A stretch of 64,000 nt of DNA from a candidate division FCPU426 bacterium (GCA_963738405.1 CAVTWJ010000014.1:128001-192000); one strand, 5' to 3'; positions 9,707 through 19,699 are shown, numbered from the stretch's first letter. Notes: generated from the sequence alone by a model not told the origin. A program made the numbers and translations.

Positions 9707-10141
9707 TTATCTTTTCGTCTTCCTCTTTCCCTTCTTTTCACCCCCCTTTTCTTGATCTCCCATTAACCAATGAAGGGCCTCCTTCATTTCCGTAAAAGCC
9801 CTCACGTTAAGCCCCCGGTTGACGGCAGCATTTTCGGTTAATCGTTCGGAATCGGTCACCGACTTGGAGCTCACCGTGGCAAACCGGCAACGGAGGATTT
9901 TACCCGTCATCTTCGCCTTCAAATATTTGGCCGCGCCCAGAAGGCCGAGGTTGAACCGTTCGAGGGTGGATAGGTCGCCCTTCACCTTTCGCGTATCGAT
10001 CAACATCTTGGTGGCCTGGTGGGTTTGGCAGGTTTCCATGATTTGGCTGGTGAAGGCGTCAATGGCGTGGCGGTCAAAATAGCCCTGATAGACCATTAAA
10101 ACGCAACCAGGCTTCAATTTGACTTTAAAGACAAGGGCCAT
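9707..10141 (-). CDS. STAS/SEC14 (SpoIIAA)-like protein
   Basis: KMLIDTR, ENAAVNRGLNVRAFTEMKEALHWL; paralog of 10647..11045. Confidence 0.7.
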   Translation of the reverse strand: MALVFKVKLKPGCVLMVYQGYFDRHAIDAFTSQIMETCQTHQATKMLIDTRKVKGDLSTLERFNLGLLGAAKYLKAKMTGKILRCRFATVSSKSVTDSERLTENAAVNRGLNVRAFTEMKEALHWLMGDQEKGGEKKGKRKTKR

Positions 10142-10246
10142 GGTTTGCGGCTCTCCAAAGTTTAAAGCGGAATTAAACGCCGGATACTTATCATTCGAGG
10201 TTGAAGGAACAACAAGACGTTTTACCCAATCCTCTTGCGAGAAACG

Positions 10247-10618
10247 CTACCGGCTCGAAACGGCTTTCTTTAAATAGGCCTTTAAGACCTTCATGTCCAT
10301 TTCCTTCATCTCCAAAAATCGCAGGCCGCCTTCCGCTTCGTTCGCCCAGATGACTTCAGCGAAGGCCGATAAAGTTTCATTGAGGCCTGGGACTAAGATT
10401 TCAAAACGAAGGATATCCCCTTCTTTCACCATCGGTTCCGAGGAAATATGCAAGCCCCCCAAACTGCTGTCCATAGCCTTAGCGTTTCGGTCTTTTTTTC
10501 TCTGTTCGCGGATGGCCGAAATTTCCGCTTTATCTTCAACCAAGCGGTACTTGATGGGAATGTTGACCCGAATCCGGGGGGAAACACGTTTTTCCATGAA
10601 TAGGTTCGCGTCTAACAA
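10247..10618 (-). CDS. single-domain PilZ protein (c-di-GMP receptor-like)
   Basis: EKRVSPR (RxxxR) and DSSLGG (DxSxxG) motifs, AEVIW, GLRF; start may be the internal ATG of MEKR. Confidence 0.85.
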   Translation of the reverse strand: MLDANLFMEKRVSPRIRVNIPIKYRLVEDKAEISAIREQRKKDRNAKAMDSSLGGLHISSEPMVKEGDILRFEILVPGLNETLSAFAEVIWANEAEGGLRFLEMKEMDMKVLKAYLKKAVSSR

Positions 10619-10646
10619 CTTCGACTCCTTACCAAGGGAAAGATAA

Positions 10647-11045
10647 TCAGCTACTTTTTTCCACCGTTAACCAGCGCAGGGCCTCTTCCAATTCCGTGAA
10701 CGCCTTGACGTTGACCCCCCGGTTGACGGCCACGGTTTCCCCGAACCGGTTGGGGTCCACCAAAGGGGTTTGGCCCAGAAAGGCAAACCGGCAATTGGTG
10801 ATTTTTCCGGTCATTTTCGCCTTCAAATATTTGGCCGCGGCTTTAAAACCCAAGTTAAACCGGTCCATGGTGGACATACTGCCTTTCACTTCCCGGAAGT
10901 CGACGAGCATTTTTGCGCATTGGTGGGTTGTGCAGGTTTCAATCACCCGAGTGAGGAAATCCTCGATGTCCGAGGACTCAAAAGCGCCTTCGAAAAGCAT
11001 CAAGAGATAATCGGGTTTTACTTCGACTTTAAAGGTGAAAGCCAT
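10647..11045 (-). CDS. STAS/SEC14 (SpoIIAA)-like protein
   Basis: KMLVDFR, FGETVAVNRGVNVKAFTELEEALRWL; paralog of 9707..10141. Confidence 0.7.
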   Translation of the reverse strand: MAFTFKVEVKPDYLLMLFEGAFESSDIEDFLTRVIETCTTHQCAKMLVDFREVKGSMSTMDRFNLGFKAAAKYLKAKMTGKITNCRFAFLGQTPLVDPNRFGETVAVNRGVNVKAFTELEEALRWLTVEKSS

Positions 11046-11281
11046 GGTCGCGTCTCTCCGGGTTCAAAGCGGAACCCATCCTCGAAACACTCTAGGTTCC
11101 AAAAAATCCATGTCAAGCAAAGACCCATTTGACATAGGCAAGGGTGTAAAAACACTTACATCAGCAAAATTTCTACAAATCCGTAAGGCGAAACGACTCA
11201 TTTCGTACATCTTCTATTTTTCGCTTACGGCTCAATTAAAGGAAAATCAAATAATGAATGTTCGGAATCATTCCCAAGCTT

Positions 11282-11297
11282 TGGCACAGCAGTTGCA
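11282..11297 (+). promoter_or_regulatory. sigma-54 (-24/-12) promoter
   Basis: TGGCACAGCAGTTGCA matches TGGCAC-N5-TTGCA, about 60 bp upstream of ATG 11360. Confidence 0.75.
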
Positions 11298-11359
11298 TTA
11301 ACAATACTTAGCTTTTGAATTTACTTGGTTGTGATGGCGCAAAGAAGTTGAGGCGGCCC

Positions 11360-11785
11360 ATGAAAAACCTTTGGGAGGATGAAAACCAAGTGTCCGGACC
11401 GGGAACACCGTTTCCCGGCGATAAGGCCGCCTTCGATAAGGTTTGGCTGAAGATTGAAACCCGCTTGGAGAAGCGCAAAAAAACTTTCTGGGAGTCGCTG
11501 ACCTGGAAGCCCCTTTCCCACCCAGTGGGCTGGGTGGCCCTGGCCGCCTGTCTTTGCGTCACCCTATCGGGGGCGATTTATCAAAGCCGGCAGGCGGACA
11601 ACAACGACTTGGTTTCTTACGTGCTGAGTCTTTCCGAACCCACGGTCGATGAGGGCCGCGATTCGAGCGGGATGGTAGAGCCGGTTCTTTTAACCGAACC
11701 TTCCACCGCCGGGGCCGATATCCTTTTAACCGACGAGAACCATTCGGATCTTCTGCCGGAGGACGAGACCCCCTCCGCCCTTTGA
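11360..11785 (+). CDS. hypothetical single-TM protein, anti-sigma-factor-like
   Basis: FDKVWLKIETRL helix followed by WVALAACL TM segment and acidic tail; ATG with GAGG upstream. Confidence 0.55.
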   Translation: MKNLWEDENQVSGPGTPFPGDKAAFDKVWLKIETRLEKRKKTFWESLTWKPLSHPVGWVALAACLCVTLSGAIYQSRQADNNDLVSYVLSLSEPTVDEGRDSSGMVEPVLLTEPSTAGADILLTDENHSDLLPEDETPSAL

Positions 11786-11797
11786 CGTGATTTGGGC

Positions 11798-11829
11798 AAA
11801 AAAAAGGGGGCCCAATCGGGCCCCCTTTT
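11798..11829. terminator. bidirectional intrinsic terminator
   Basis: A-tract, GGGGGCCC-aatc-GGGCCCCC stem, T-tract, between convergent genes. Confidence 0.85.
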
Positions 11830-11845
11830 CACAAAAACTTCTTTT

Positions 11846-12133
11846 TTACTTTTTCTTGGCGCCCAAAACCTCATCCTTCAAGGCTTTCAAAACGCGGATC
11901 TTGACGACCTTCTTGGCCGGAACATTGACCATCTCGCCGGTGCGGGGGTTGCGGGCGACGCGGGCCTTGCGGTCCTTGAGTTGGAACACTCCCAAACCAT
12001 CCAGCTTGATCTGGCCTTCTTTTTTCAAAGTCGCGTAAATCAGTTCGCGCTGGGCATCCACCACAGCGACGACCTCTTTCTTCTTTAAAGTTGTTGCTTC
12101 CACCAACGCCGACAGAAATTCACTCTTGGTCAA
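11846..12133 (-). CDS. hup: HU family DNA-binding protein
   Basis: MTKSEFL, GLGVFQLKDRKARVARNPRTGE; TTG start with GGAGGTGA SD. Confidence 0.93.
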   Translation of the reverse strand: MTKSEFLSALVEATTLKKKEVVAVVDAQRELIYATLKKEGQIKLDGLGVFQLKDRKARVARNPRTGEMVNVPAKKVVKIRVLKALKDEVLGAKKK

Positions 12134-12347
12134 GACCTCACCTCCTGGGGATAGAAACTCACTTGCATGTATTTATCCAAAGTTACCTGTGTTTTACAAG
12201 GAATTTATGCGATTTTCGGCCCCTAAATGCCTAAACTTGAGCCAAAGGGACTTCCCATCGGCTTTCTACTATAAGGAAGGAGGGTTTGAGGGTTCCCATC
12301 AGCCCATTCGGATGCCCGAACGATTCTGCCCGTGTAAAATACCGCTC

Positions 12348-13760
12348 ATGAAAAAAAACCTTTCCTGGCTGATCCTTTTTCCTTTTTTGATTCTCCTGAG
12401 CTTGGGCTGCGCCACGGGCCCGCACCTAAGGGTTCCGGTGCGCCCCTCACCCCAGCACACCTTGAACCCTCCCCCGCCCGCCAGGCTTCGCATCCCGGTG
12501 GTCATCAATCTGCCCAATCTTTCAGAGGTCGAAAAGCACCTGGCGGATTTTGCGAAAGAGGATTTCAAGAAAACGGAAAAATCCCTGACCAAGAGCCTGG
12601 GAACCACCGTCTGGTGGGACCCCCTGGATTGGGAATTCAACGGCAATACCCTGACCGCCCATATGCACATTCACTACAAGAAAAAACAAGGTTCCCTGAA
12701 CGCGGATGTGAAAGAAGCCGAAAAGATCGCGGAAGAAGTGGAACAGGACGCCAAGGTGGACCTGGCCTCGACCCTTCAATGGAACAAAGACTGGCACCTG
12801 GAGGCCCCCAATTTTGACGAGGCTCCCGAAGCCGGGGGAAACACCCTGGAGCCGGAAGAATCGGATTCGAAAAAGAGCGAGCGCCTGCTTCGCAAAGGAA
12901 CGGCCGGGTTCCACGAAAGTTTGAAGCGAAGCACCAACATCAAGGACCAGGCGGCAGAAATTTGGAAGCAGCTTCAGGAACCCATCCGCATGGCCTCGGA
13001 TATCTGGCTCCAGATCAAGACCGATAAGGTCAGTGTGGGGTCTTACCGCCTGATCCCCGACCCCAAGACGCCGAGGCTGGAAACGGTCTTTGAGGTTTAC
13101 GCCCAGCCCAGTGTGATCATCGGGCAGGAGCCGAGCGTTATTAAATCGGAACTGCCGCCCCTATCGGACTACCAGCCGGGGCCGGAGGGTTTCCATATCG
13201 AGACGAACCTGAAAATCAGCTTCCACGAGGTCAACAAGCTGTTGATTGATCCCAAGACGGGCATCTTGAACAAGGCCCTGCCCGGAAGCGGAAACCACCA
13301 TTTGAAAATCACTAACATTTCCGTTTACGGGTCCGGGGGGCAGATTGTGGTGGAGGCCCAGGTGGATTACGACCCGCTTCTGGACCTGTCGGGCCATCAG
13401 GCCCAGTTGACCATTTACCTGGTGGGCACGCCCAAGTACCACGAGGACACGCAATTGATCGACTTTCCCGACATCGATTTCGACATTCAAACCAGCGACT
13501 TCCTGGTGCAGATGGCGGAATTTATCGCGGGCTCTGGAATTAGGGACGCCCTGCGCAAACAGGCCGTGGTGCCGGTGGGGAAAAACCTGGACGAATTAAA
13601 AGATCAACTCACCAAACTGCTCAACCGGCCCTTAGGTCCTTTCGCCAGGCTTCACACCACCATTACCTCGCTGAAGATGGAAGAGGCCTTCGTGAGCGAC
13701 TACGGCTTGGAAGGCCGGGTGGCCTTGGACGGCGACGCGGCGGTGGATTTGAATTTATAG
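12348..13760 (+). CDS. DUF4403-like lipoprotein
   Basis: Start reassigned to MKKNLSW (lipobox SLGC); WKQLQEPI..WLQI and IYLVGTPKY..DFDIQT resemble DUF4403. Confidence 0.65.
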   Translation: MKKNLSWLILFPFLILLSLGCATGPHLRVPVRPSPQHTLNPPPPARLRIPVVINLPNLSEVEKHLADFAKEDFKKTEKSLTKSLGTTVWWDPLDWEFNGNTLTAHMHIHYKKKQGSLNADVKEAEKIAEEVEQDAKVDLASTLQWNKDWHLEAPNFDEAPEAGGNTLEPEESDSKKSERLLRKGTAGFHESLKRSTNIKDQAAEIWKQLQEPIRMASDIWLQIKTDKVSVGSYRLIPDPKTPRLETVFEVYAQPSVIIGQEPSVIKSELPPLSDYQPGPEGFHIETNLKISFHEVNKLLIDPKTGILNKALPGSGNHHLKITNISVYGSGGQIVVEAQVDYDPLLDLSGHQAQLTIYLVGTPKYHEDTQLIDFPDIDFDIQTSDFLVQMAEFIAGSGIRDALRKQAVVPVGKNLDELKDQLTKLLNRPLGPFARLHTTITSLKMEEAFVSDYGLEGRVALDGDAAVDLNL

Positions 13761-13790
13761 GTAAGAGCTCCATGCACAAACAGGAAGGTC

Positions 13791-16700
13791 TTAAATCGCC
13801 CTGGGCCTTCTCAAATCCAATGTGTGAGGAAAGTCATTACCCAGTTCCTCCGGGGGAGCGGCCATGCGCCCGCTGGCCCTTCCATGGGTCTCGAAACGGG
13901 ATTTCCAACGGGACTCGGCCTCTTCCGCGTTAACGGGTGTCAGGTCAAAACTGCGACCTCCGGGATGGAAGGTATGCAGAGCGCAGCCCCCGAGTGAAAT
14001 TTCAAGCTGGGGATCGATCAAATCCAATTCCAAAAAGGGCACGGCGGGCAGGTCCCCGTAGAGGGATAGCGGCTGATCCCAGGCCTTGTACCGGATTCCC
14101 GCCACCTGAACCCCCGGCGTGGTGGTCGGCATCAAGGGCACCCGGCGGCCGTTGCAGGCGAGCAACAAGCCGGGCCTAGCGTCTTTCAAAGTCACCTCCA
14201 CCCTTTCGGTGGAGGCATCCACCGCGCGGCTTACCGTGGAAGTCACAGCTTCCTCGCCCAATACCGGCCAGGGTTCCAGCGCGGGCCGAATTTCCAGATC
14301 CGCCCCTTCAATCACCACCTTGCCGCAGAGGGGAAAGCGGAAATTGAAATGGGCGCGGAACCATTCCAGTTCAAAATTAAAACCGTCCCGGCGCAGGTCC
14401 TCCAACACGTGGGACAAATCTTCCCAAAGGTACCAGGGCATCAGGTACTGGTCATGAAGGCGGGTGCCCCAGCGCACGAGTCGAGTCTGGAGCGGAACCC
14501 TATAAAGGTGCGCCACTAAGGCTCGAACTAAAAGCTGCTGCAAAAGCGCCATACGGGGATTGGGGGCCATCTCGAAGGCACGCAATTCAAGCAGCCCCTG
14601 GCGACCCCTTACCGAACCGGGGTCGTATAGCTTGTCGATGCAGAATTCGGCGCGGTGGGTGTTGCCCGAAACATCCACCAGCAGGTGGCGGAAAAGCCGG
14701 TCGAGGCGCCAAAAGGGCAGTTCCCCCTCGGCGGGAACGCGGCGCATGGCATTTTCGAGCTCGTAAAGCGAATCATGCCGGGCCTCATCGGGCCGGGGGG
14801 CCTGGCTGGTAGGCCCGACAAAGAGCGAGGTGAAAAAATAGGATAGGCTTGGGTGCCTCTGCCAGTAGGCGATCATGGCGGGCAAAAGACGGGGCTGTCG
14901 GAAAAAGGGGCTTTGTTCCGGCCGGGCGGCCCCCAAAACCAAGTGGCTCCCTCCGCCCGTGCCCACGGGCCGGCCGTTGACCGTAAACTTCACGGCGGTC
15001 AGGCCGATCTGCCGGGCTTCCTCGTATAGTACTTCGGTGTTGTCCCTCAAATCGGACCAGCCCGCGGCGGGTTGAATATTGACTTCCAGCACGCCCGGGT
15101 CCGGGGTGATGCGGAAAGCCATCAGCCGGCTGTCCGTGGGTGGTTCGTAACCTTCCAAAACCACGCTCAAGTGGAGGGCCCCTGCCGCCGCCTCAATTTT
15201 GGCAACCAATTCAAGATAATGTTCCAGCAATGCCAGGGGCGGTAAAAATACGTGGAGCTTCCCCTCTCGGCATTGGACGCAAAGCGCGGTCCGCACCGCC
15301 CCTTTGGCAGCGAGGCCCGGTTTGGAAGGAATGCTCCCAAGTTTTTTATAAGTCGGCAGGGGAGGCAGGTTCTCGAAAGTATCCCGGGGAAAGGGCACGG
15401 TTTCCAGGGGCTTTCCTTGGGGGAGGTCGTTCAAGGGAAGCCGATAGCCCATGGGGGAATCCCCTTCAAACAAGAGGATTCTTCCCATGGAAGGGTCCTT
15501 TTCAAATTTCCATGCCTCGCTAACCCATCCTTCCTGTTCGAGGCTCCAGGTGACGGGCAAAACCCATCCAATGATTTGGGGAACTTCTTCCTTCGGCGAT
15601 TTCTTAGTGCGTTTTTTCCGTCCCCGTACCGGAATCGGCTGGATTTCCGGCTCTTGGAGGACAGGGGAAGGAACGGCCGGGGAAAGGGGAAACCCCACGT
15701 TGCTCTCGTAGGCTGGAAGAATTCGCGACGGGGATAGCCCCAGCTCCTGGCCTAATTTTTCCAGCAACGCTTTAGCGGCATGGGGGGGCGTTTGGCCGGA
15801 CTCGGTGGGGTTTGCCAAGAGGTTCTCATGTGCCCAGACCGGCTCCCCGTCGGGGCGCCAAAAACTGTTGAGGGACCAGCGCGGAAGGGGCTCCCCCCCA
15901 TACCATTTTCCCTGGCCCGCCTGGGCGATGGAGCCCGGGGAAAAACACTTGCGAAGACGCGTCAAAAGTTCCCAGCCTTTTTTTAGTTTTTCCTCCCCCA
16001 GAGCTTCGGTCACCCATTGGGGATCGTCGCGGTTGTCCACCGAAACAAAGGTCGGCTCCCCGCCCATGGTAAGCCCGACGTTGAGTTGGTTGAACCGGTC
16101 ATCGACCGTTTCTCCCATCCGGTCCACGGCTTCCCATTGCGTTTGGGATAGGGGGAGAGTGGGGCGTGGGGGGTCCAGCACCCGCTTCAGGGTCATCGCA
16201 TGTTCCAGCCGAGTTTCACAGGGCTCGACACTTCCGCTGATGGGGGCCGCGCTGGAAGGATGGGGGGTACAACTTAAGGGGATATGGCCCTCCCCCGCGA
16301 AAAGGCCCGAGGTGGGGTCCAGTCCCACCCAGCCAGCGCCCGGCAGATAAACTTCCACCCAGGCGTGCAGGTCGGTGAAATCCTTTTCCGGGCCTTTGGG
16401 CCCGGTGACGGGCTCCTCGTCCGCCACCAACTGGATGAGATATCCGGAAGCGAAACGAGCGGCGATTCCCTGGTGCCGGAAAACTTGGCATGCCAGCCAA
16501 GCCAGGTCCCGACAGGACCCGCTTTTTAAAGACAGCGTTTCCTCGCACTTTTGAACACCCGGTTCCAGCCGAACCAGGTAGCGGCTTTGCCGGTTGATCT
16601 TCTGGTTAACCTCGGAGAGCAGCTCCACCACATGTCGTTTTTTTCTCCCCATGCCACGGACAAATTTTTTGAGAAGCGGCCCCTTTTCATCCAGCACGAG

Positions 16701-17051
16701 GTATGGGCGCAGGTCGCCGGCCAGGTTCTTTTCATACTTGAAGGGATAGTGGAGGTAGTCCTCCTCCACGAAAAAATCGAAGGGGTTGATCCGGACCATT
16801 TGGGCCCTCAAGCCCACCCGGACTTCCAGTTCAAGGCAGGGTTCGGGCAGGACGATGCGGGCCGCGTAATTGCCGAAGGGATCCTGCTGCCAGTTCAAAA
16901 AATGTTTTTTGGGCTGGACCGAAAGAGCGTAGGAAAGGATGGGCGTGCGACAGTGGGGAGCGGGCTTGAGGCGGATCGTGTGGGGCCCCAGAGTCACGGG
17001 ACGGTCGAACCGGTAGAGCGTGAGATGTTCGAGATAGACCTGTGTCGACAT
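13791..17051 (-). CDS. transglutaminase-like domain fused to DUF2126 (COOH-NH2 ligase type)
   Basis: GSCRD / DLHAWVEVY / LDPT triad; TMGGEPTFVS, TPDPGVLEVN, GTGGGSH, GNTHRAEFCIDK, LLELRAFEM; start reassigned to MSTQVY. Confidence 0.92.
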   Translation of the reverse strand: MSTQVYLEHLTLYRFDRPVTLGPHTIRLKPAPHCRTPILSYALSVQPKKHFLNWQQDPFGNYAARIVLPEPCLELEVRVGLRAQMVRINPFDFFVEEDYLHYPFKYEKNLAGDLRPYLVLDEKGPLLKKFVRGMGRKKRHVVELLSEVNQKINRQSRYLVRLEPGVQKCEETLSLKSGSCRDLAWLACQVFRHQGIAARFASGYLIQLVADEEPVTGPKGPEKDFTDLHAWVEVYLPGAGWVGLDPTSGLFAGEGHIPLSCTPHPSSAAPISGSVEPCETRLEHAMTLKRVLDPPRPTLPLSQTQWEAVDRMGETVDDRFNQLNVGLTMGGEPTFVSVDNRDDPQWVTEALGEEKLKKGWELLTRLRKCFSPGSIAQAGQGKWYGGEPLPRWSLNSFWRPDGEPVWAHENLLANPTESGQTPPHAAKALLEKLGQELGLSPSRILPAYESNVGFPLSPAVPSPVLQEPEIQPIPVRGRKKRTKKSPKEEVPQIIGWVLPVTWSLEQEGWVSEAWKFEKDPSMGRILLFEGDSPMGYRLPLNDLPQGKPLETVPFPRDTFENLPPLPTYKKLGSIPSKPGLAAKGAVRTALCVQCREGKLHVFLPPLALLEHYLELVAKIEAAAGALHLSVVLEGYEPPTDSRLMAFRITPDPGVLEVNIQPAAGWSDLRDNTEVLYEEARQIGLTAVKFTVNGRPVGTGGGSHLVLGAARPEQSPFFRQPRLLPAMIAYWQRHPSLSYFFTSLFVGPTSQAPRPDEARHDSLYELENAMRRVPAEGELPFWRLDRLFRHLLVDVSGNTHRAEFCIDKLYDPGSVRGRQGLLELRAFEMAPNPRMALLQQLLVRALVAHLYRVPLQTRLVRWGTRLHDQYLMPWYLWEDLSHVLEDLRRDGFNFELEWFRAHFNFRFPLCGKVVIEGADLEIRPALEPWPVLGEEAVTSTVSRAVDASTERVEVTLKDARPGLLLACNGRRVPLMPTTTPGVQVAGIRYKAWDQPLSLYGDLPAVPFLELDLIDPQLEISLGGCALHTFHPGGRSFDLTPVNAEEAESRWKSRFETHGRASGRMAAPPEELGNDFPHTLDLRRPRAI

Positions 17052-17279
17052 GATTTCGCGGCTCCAATTGTAAAATAGAGAACGCCCAAGCCCTTCATTG
17101 CAAGTTTCTTGCCCAAGAATCCGGCCCCGGCCCCTGGAGTTCACGGTGATTCGGACAGAATTTTTGTTTACGGAGCCAAAAAAGAATGGCCTCTTGCCAA
17201 AAGTCTCCATTTTTGTCGATCAGACCACAAGCGCCCTTTTGGGCTATATTCAAGGGGTTTACATAGGTAAAATGTTGCC

Positions 17280-19046
17280 ATGTCGAATTTCTTTGCTCTC
17301 TCCTTCGATAACGTTTCGTCTCCCTCTCTGCGCCTAAAGGTTCCGCCTGAAAATGAGACCCCGAATGATTGGGGAATGGTTTGGTTTATGGGCGACGAGG
17401 GTCCAGCGACCTTGGTGCGGGGTTCGGGCGCCGGAGGAGAGGATTTAAAGCTGGTACTCTCCGACTGGAATCGGTTCCGGTCCGCTTCTTTTTTCGCCAT
17501 GGCCGGCGAAAGGCAAGCCGGCAAAAACATTCCCCCCTTCCTGCGCAGTTACGGCGGACGCCAGTTCGTTTTCATTTTCAGCGGAAACCTGAAAGGCGAT
17601 TTCAAAACCATCCTCTCCCTTGGAGGCGACCCCAGCTTCGAGCCGTTGGGCTCTTCGGGCATGGAACACGCCTTTTGCTGGCTCCTGCACCAATTGTTCC
17701 TAAAACAGGCGCGGCGTCTTTCCGACGTTCCCTGGAAAGATTTGCAAAGCTGGTTTAACGAAATCAATTCCATGGGCGAATTCAACTGCGTTCTCAGCGA
17801 CGGCAAGAACCTGGCGGCTTACCGGGACCGGGAAGGCCGGGGCGGCCTCTACAGCTTGCGACGAATTCCCCCGCACCCGCCGGGCCATCTAGAAAATGAA
17901 AATCTCACCATGAATCTGGACGACGAGATGGACACCAACCGTACCATTTATTTATTTTCGAGTGGCCCCTTATCCAACGAAAACTGGCAGCCCCTTTCAC
18001 CCGGGGGACTTTGCGTGATAAGACGCGGCCGCCTTTTATTTGACAGTTCTGCAACGGACCCAGCCCTTGGTACTACCTGGGCCCTCGTTGGCAGCCAGTC
18101 CCAGCAAACGACACTTTTCGTACCCCCACCTGCCGTCGTCAGAAAGGGTATGGATAAATGCGTCATGAACGTTTCTCATGAGACCACCTACCATTACCGC
18201 ATGCCCGTGGAGCGGTCCACCCACCTGCTTCGGTTGCGCCCGGTCCAAGACCGTTTTCAGGAACTCCTGGAGTTTAAACTCGAGGTATCGGTCGAAGGCC
18301 GCCGCCAAGAATTTCAGGACGTTTACGGAAATTCCATCCTTCAATTGGAAGTGGAAAAGCCCTTCACCGAAATGGTCGTGCGTTCTTTTTCCCGGGTCCG
18401 CCTCACCGAGGGCCCGGCCCGCTGGTTCACCCTGGCGCCGAAGCGCGAGGAACTGCCCGTGGTTTGGATGCCCGGACAGCGCCAGACCATGCTTCCCTTC
18501 CTTCTTCCGCCCGAGCTTCCCGAGACCCAGCTGAAGGAACTAACCGAATATGCCATGGGCTTCGCCCAGCGAAACGACATGGTACTTTTGGACACCCTGA
18601 TGGACATGAACCAAACCATCCACGACGACTACGCCTATGTGACTGGATCCACCCACAATAACACCACTCCCTTTGAGGTCTACACCAGCCGCCAGGGCGT
18701 CTGCCAGGATTTCGCCAACCTTTTCATCTGCCTGGCCCGGCTTTTGAATCTGCCCGCCCGCTACCGGGTGGGTTACATCTATACGGGAGGCAACTACGAG
18801 AACAAGATCTGGTCCGAAGCCTCCCACGCATGGGTGGAACTTTACCTTCCCAATTGCGGCTGGTGCGGGTTCGACCCCACCAACGGAAGCATCGTGGACC
18901 TGGACCATGTCCGGGTGGCCTGCGGAAGGAACTACTTGGACGCCACACCCACCTCGGGCACCCTCTATAAAGGCGGCGGCCCCGAAACACTGAATGTTTC
19001 CGTCCGCATCGAGATGGACCCGCCGCAGCAACAACACCAATATTAA
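17280..19046 (+). CDS. degenerate class II glutamine amidotransferase-like domain fused to a transglutaminase
   Basis: N-terminal YafJ-like remnants (PF.R..GR, EHAFCWLL, LSDG); C-terminal GVCQDF, SHAWVELY, FDPTN, GRNY.DATP. Confidence 0.85.
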   Translation: MSNFFALSFDNVSSPSLRLKVPPENETPNDWGMVWFMGDEGPATLVRGSGAGGEDLKLVLSDWNRFRSASFFAMAGERQAGKNIPPFLRSYGGRQFVFIFSGNLKGDFKTILSLGGDPSFEPLGSSGMEHAFCWLLHQLFLKQARRLSDVPWKDLQSWFNEINSMGEFNCVLSDGKNLAAYRDREGRGGLYSLRRIPPHPPGHLENENLTMNLDDEMDTNRTIYLFSSGPLSNENWQPLSPGGLCVIRRGRLLFDSSATDPALGTTWALVGSQSQQTTLFVPPPAVVRKGMDKCVMNVSHETTYHYRMPVERSTHLLRLRPVQDRFQELLEFKLEVSVEGRRQEFQDVYGNSILQLEVEKPFTEMVVRSFSRVRLTEGPARWFTLAPKREELPVVWMPGQRQTMLPFLLPPELPETQLKELTEYAMGFAQRNDMVLLDTLMDMNQTIHDDYAYVTGSTHNNTTPFEVYTSRQGVCQDFANLFICLARLLNLPARYRVGYIYTGGNYENKIWSEASHAWVELYLPNCGWCGFDPTNGSIVDLDHVRVACGRNYLDATPTSGTLYKGGGPETLNVSVRIEMDPPQQQHQY

Positions 19047-19687
19047 ATATTATTTTTTTTGTTAAGAATGGATTGGTCCTTTTTGGGCCGCTGGGCGGTT
19101 TTCGACTTTTTCGGCAAACAACTCAAAACCGCTTCGGTTTCTTTCTCGGTCAGATAGCGCCATTGGCCTGGTTCTAAATCCAATCCGATTGGGCCAATCG
19201 ATACCCGATGAAGATCGATCACCCTGAAAAAGCGATTGAAGGTTGTATCTTTAAAACACCCAAAGATCCGGCGGATCTGCCGGTTTTTCCCCCCGTCTAA
19301 GGTCATTTGCACCAAACAGTTCGGCCCCGTGACCCCGAGAACCCGAATAGCCTTGGCCTTCAGAATCCCCAGCGGGGTTTCGATTCCTTTCAAAACTTGC
19401 TGCAGATGCTCTGCACTCAAATGACCCTTCACCCAAACCTCATAGACCTTGGGGATATTGCCGGGGGTTTGCAAAAGACGGACAAGAGACCCTTCCCGGA
19501 CAAAGAGCAGAAGACCGCTGGAGTCCTTATCCAATCTCCCGACCGGCACCCAACCCTGAGTATGGAGTTCTTCCGGCAGGAGCCCGTAAACGGTTTGGGA
19601 GCCCTTTTGGTTTTCGCCGTCAAATCGAAGAGGGCGGGTGACTTCATAGCCCTTAGGCTTATGGAGGATGAGGAATCTTTCGTTCAC
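19043..19687 (-). CDS. RsuA/RluE-family pseudouridine synthase (no S4 domain)
   Basis: HKPKG, GRLDKDSSGLL, KVYEV, GKNRQIRR. Confidence 0.92.
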   Translation of the reverse strand: MNERFLILHKPKGYEVTRPLRFDGENQKGSQTVYGLLPEELHTQGWVPVGRLDKDSSGLLLFVREGSLVRLLQTPGNIPKVYEVWVKGHLSAEHLQQVLKGIETPLGILKAKAIRVLGVTGPNCLVQMTLDGGKNRQIRRIFGCFKDTTFNRFFRVIDLHRVSIGPIGLDLEPGQWRYLTEKETEAVLSCLPKKSKTAQRPKKDQSILNKKNNI

Positions 19688-19699
19688 CCAGACAGGGTA

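Noticed and set aside
12126..12347. N-terminal extensions in the ORF track (12126, 17210, 27523, 33874, 39102, 49768)
   Set aside because: They overlap neighbouring genes, promoters or the riboswitch; downstream starts give better SD, signal peptides or family N-termini
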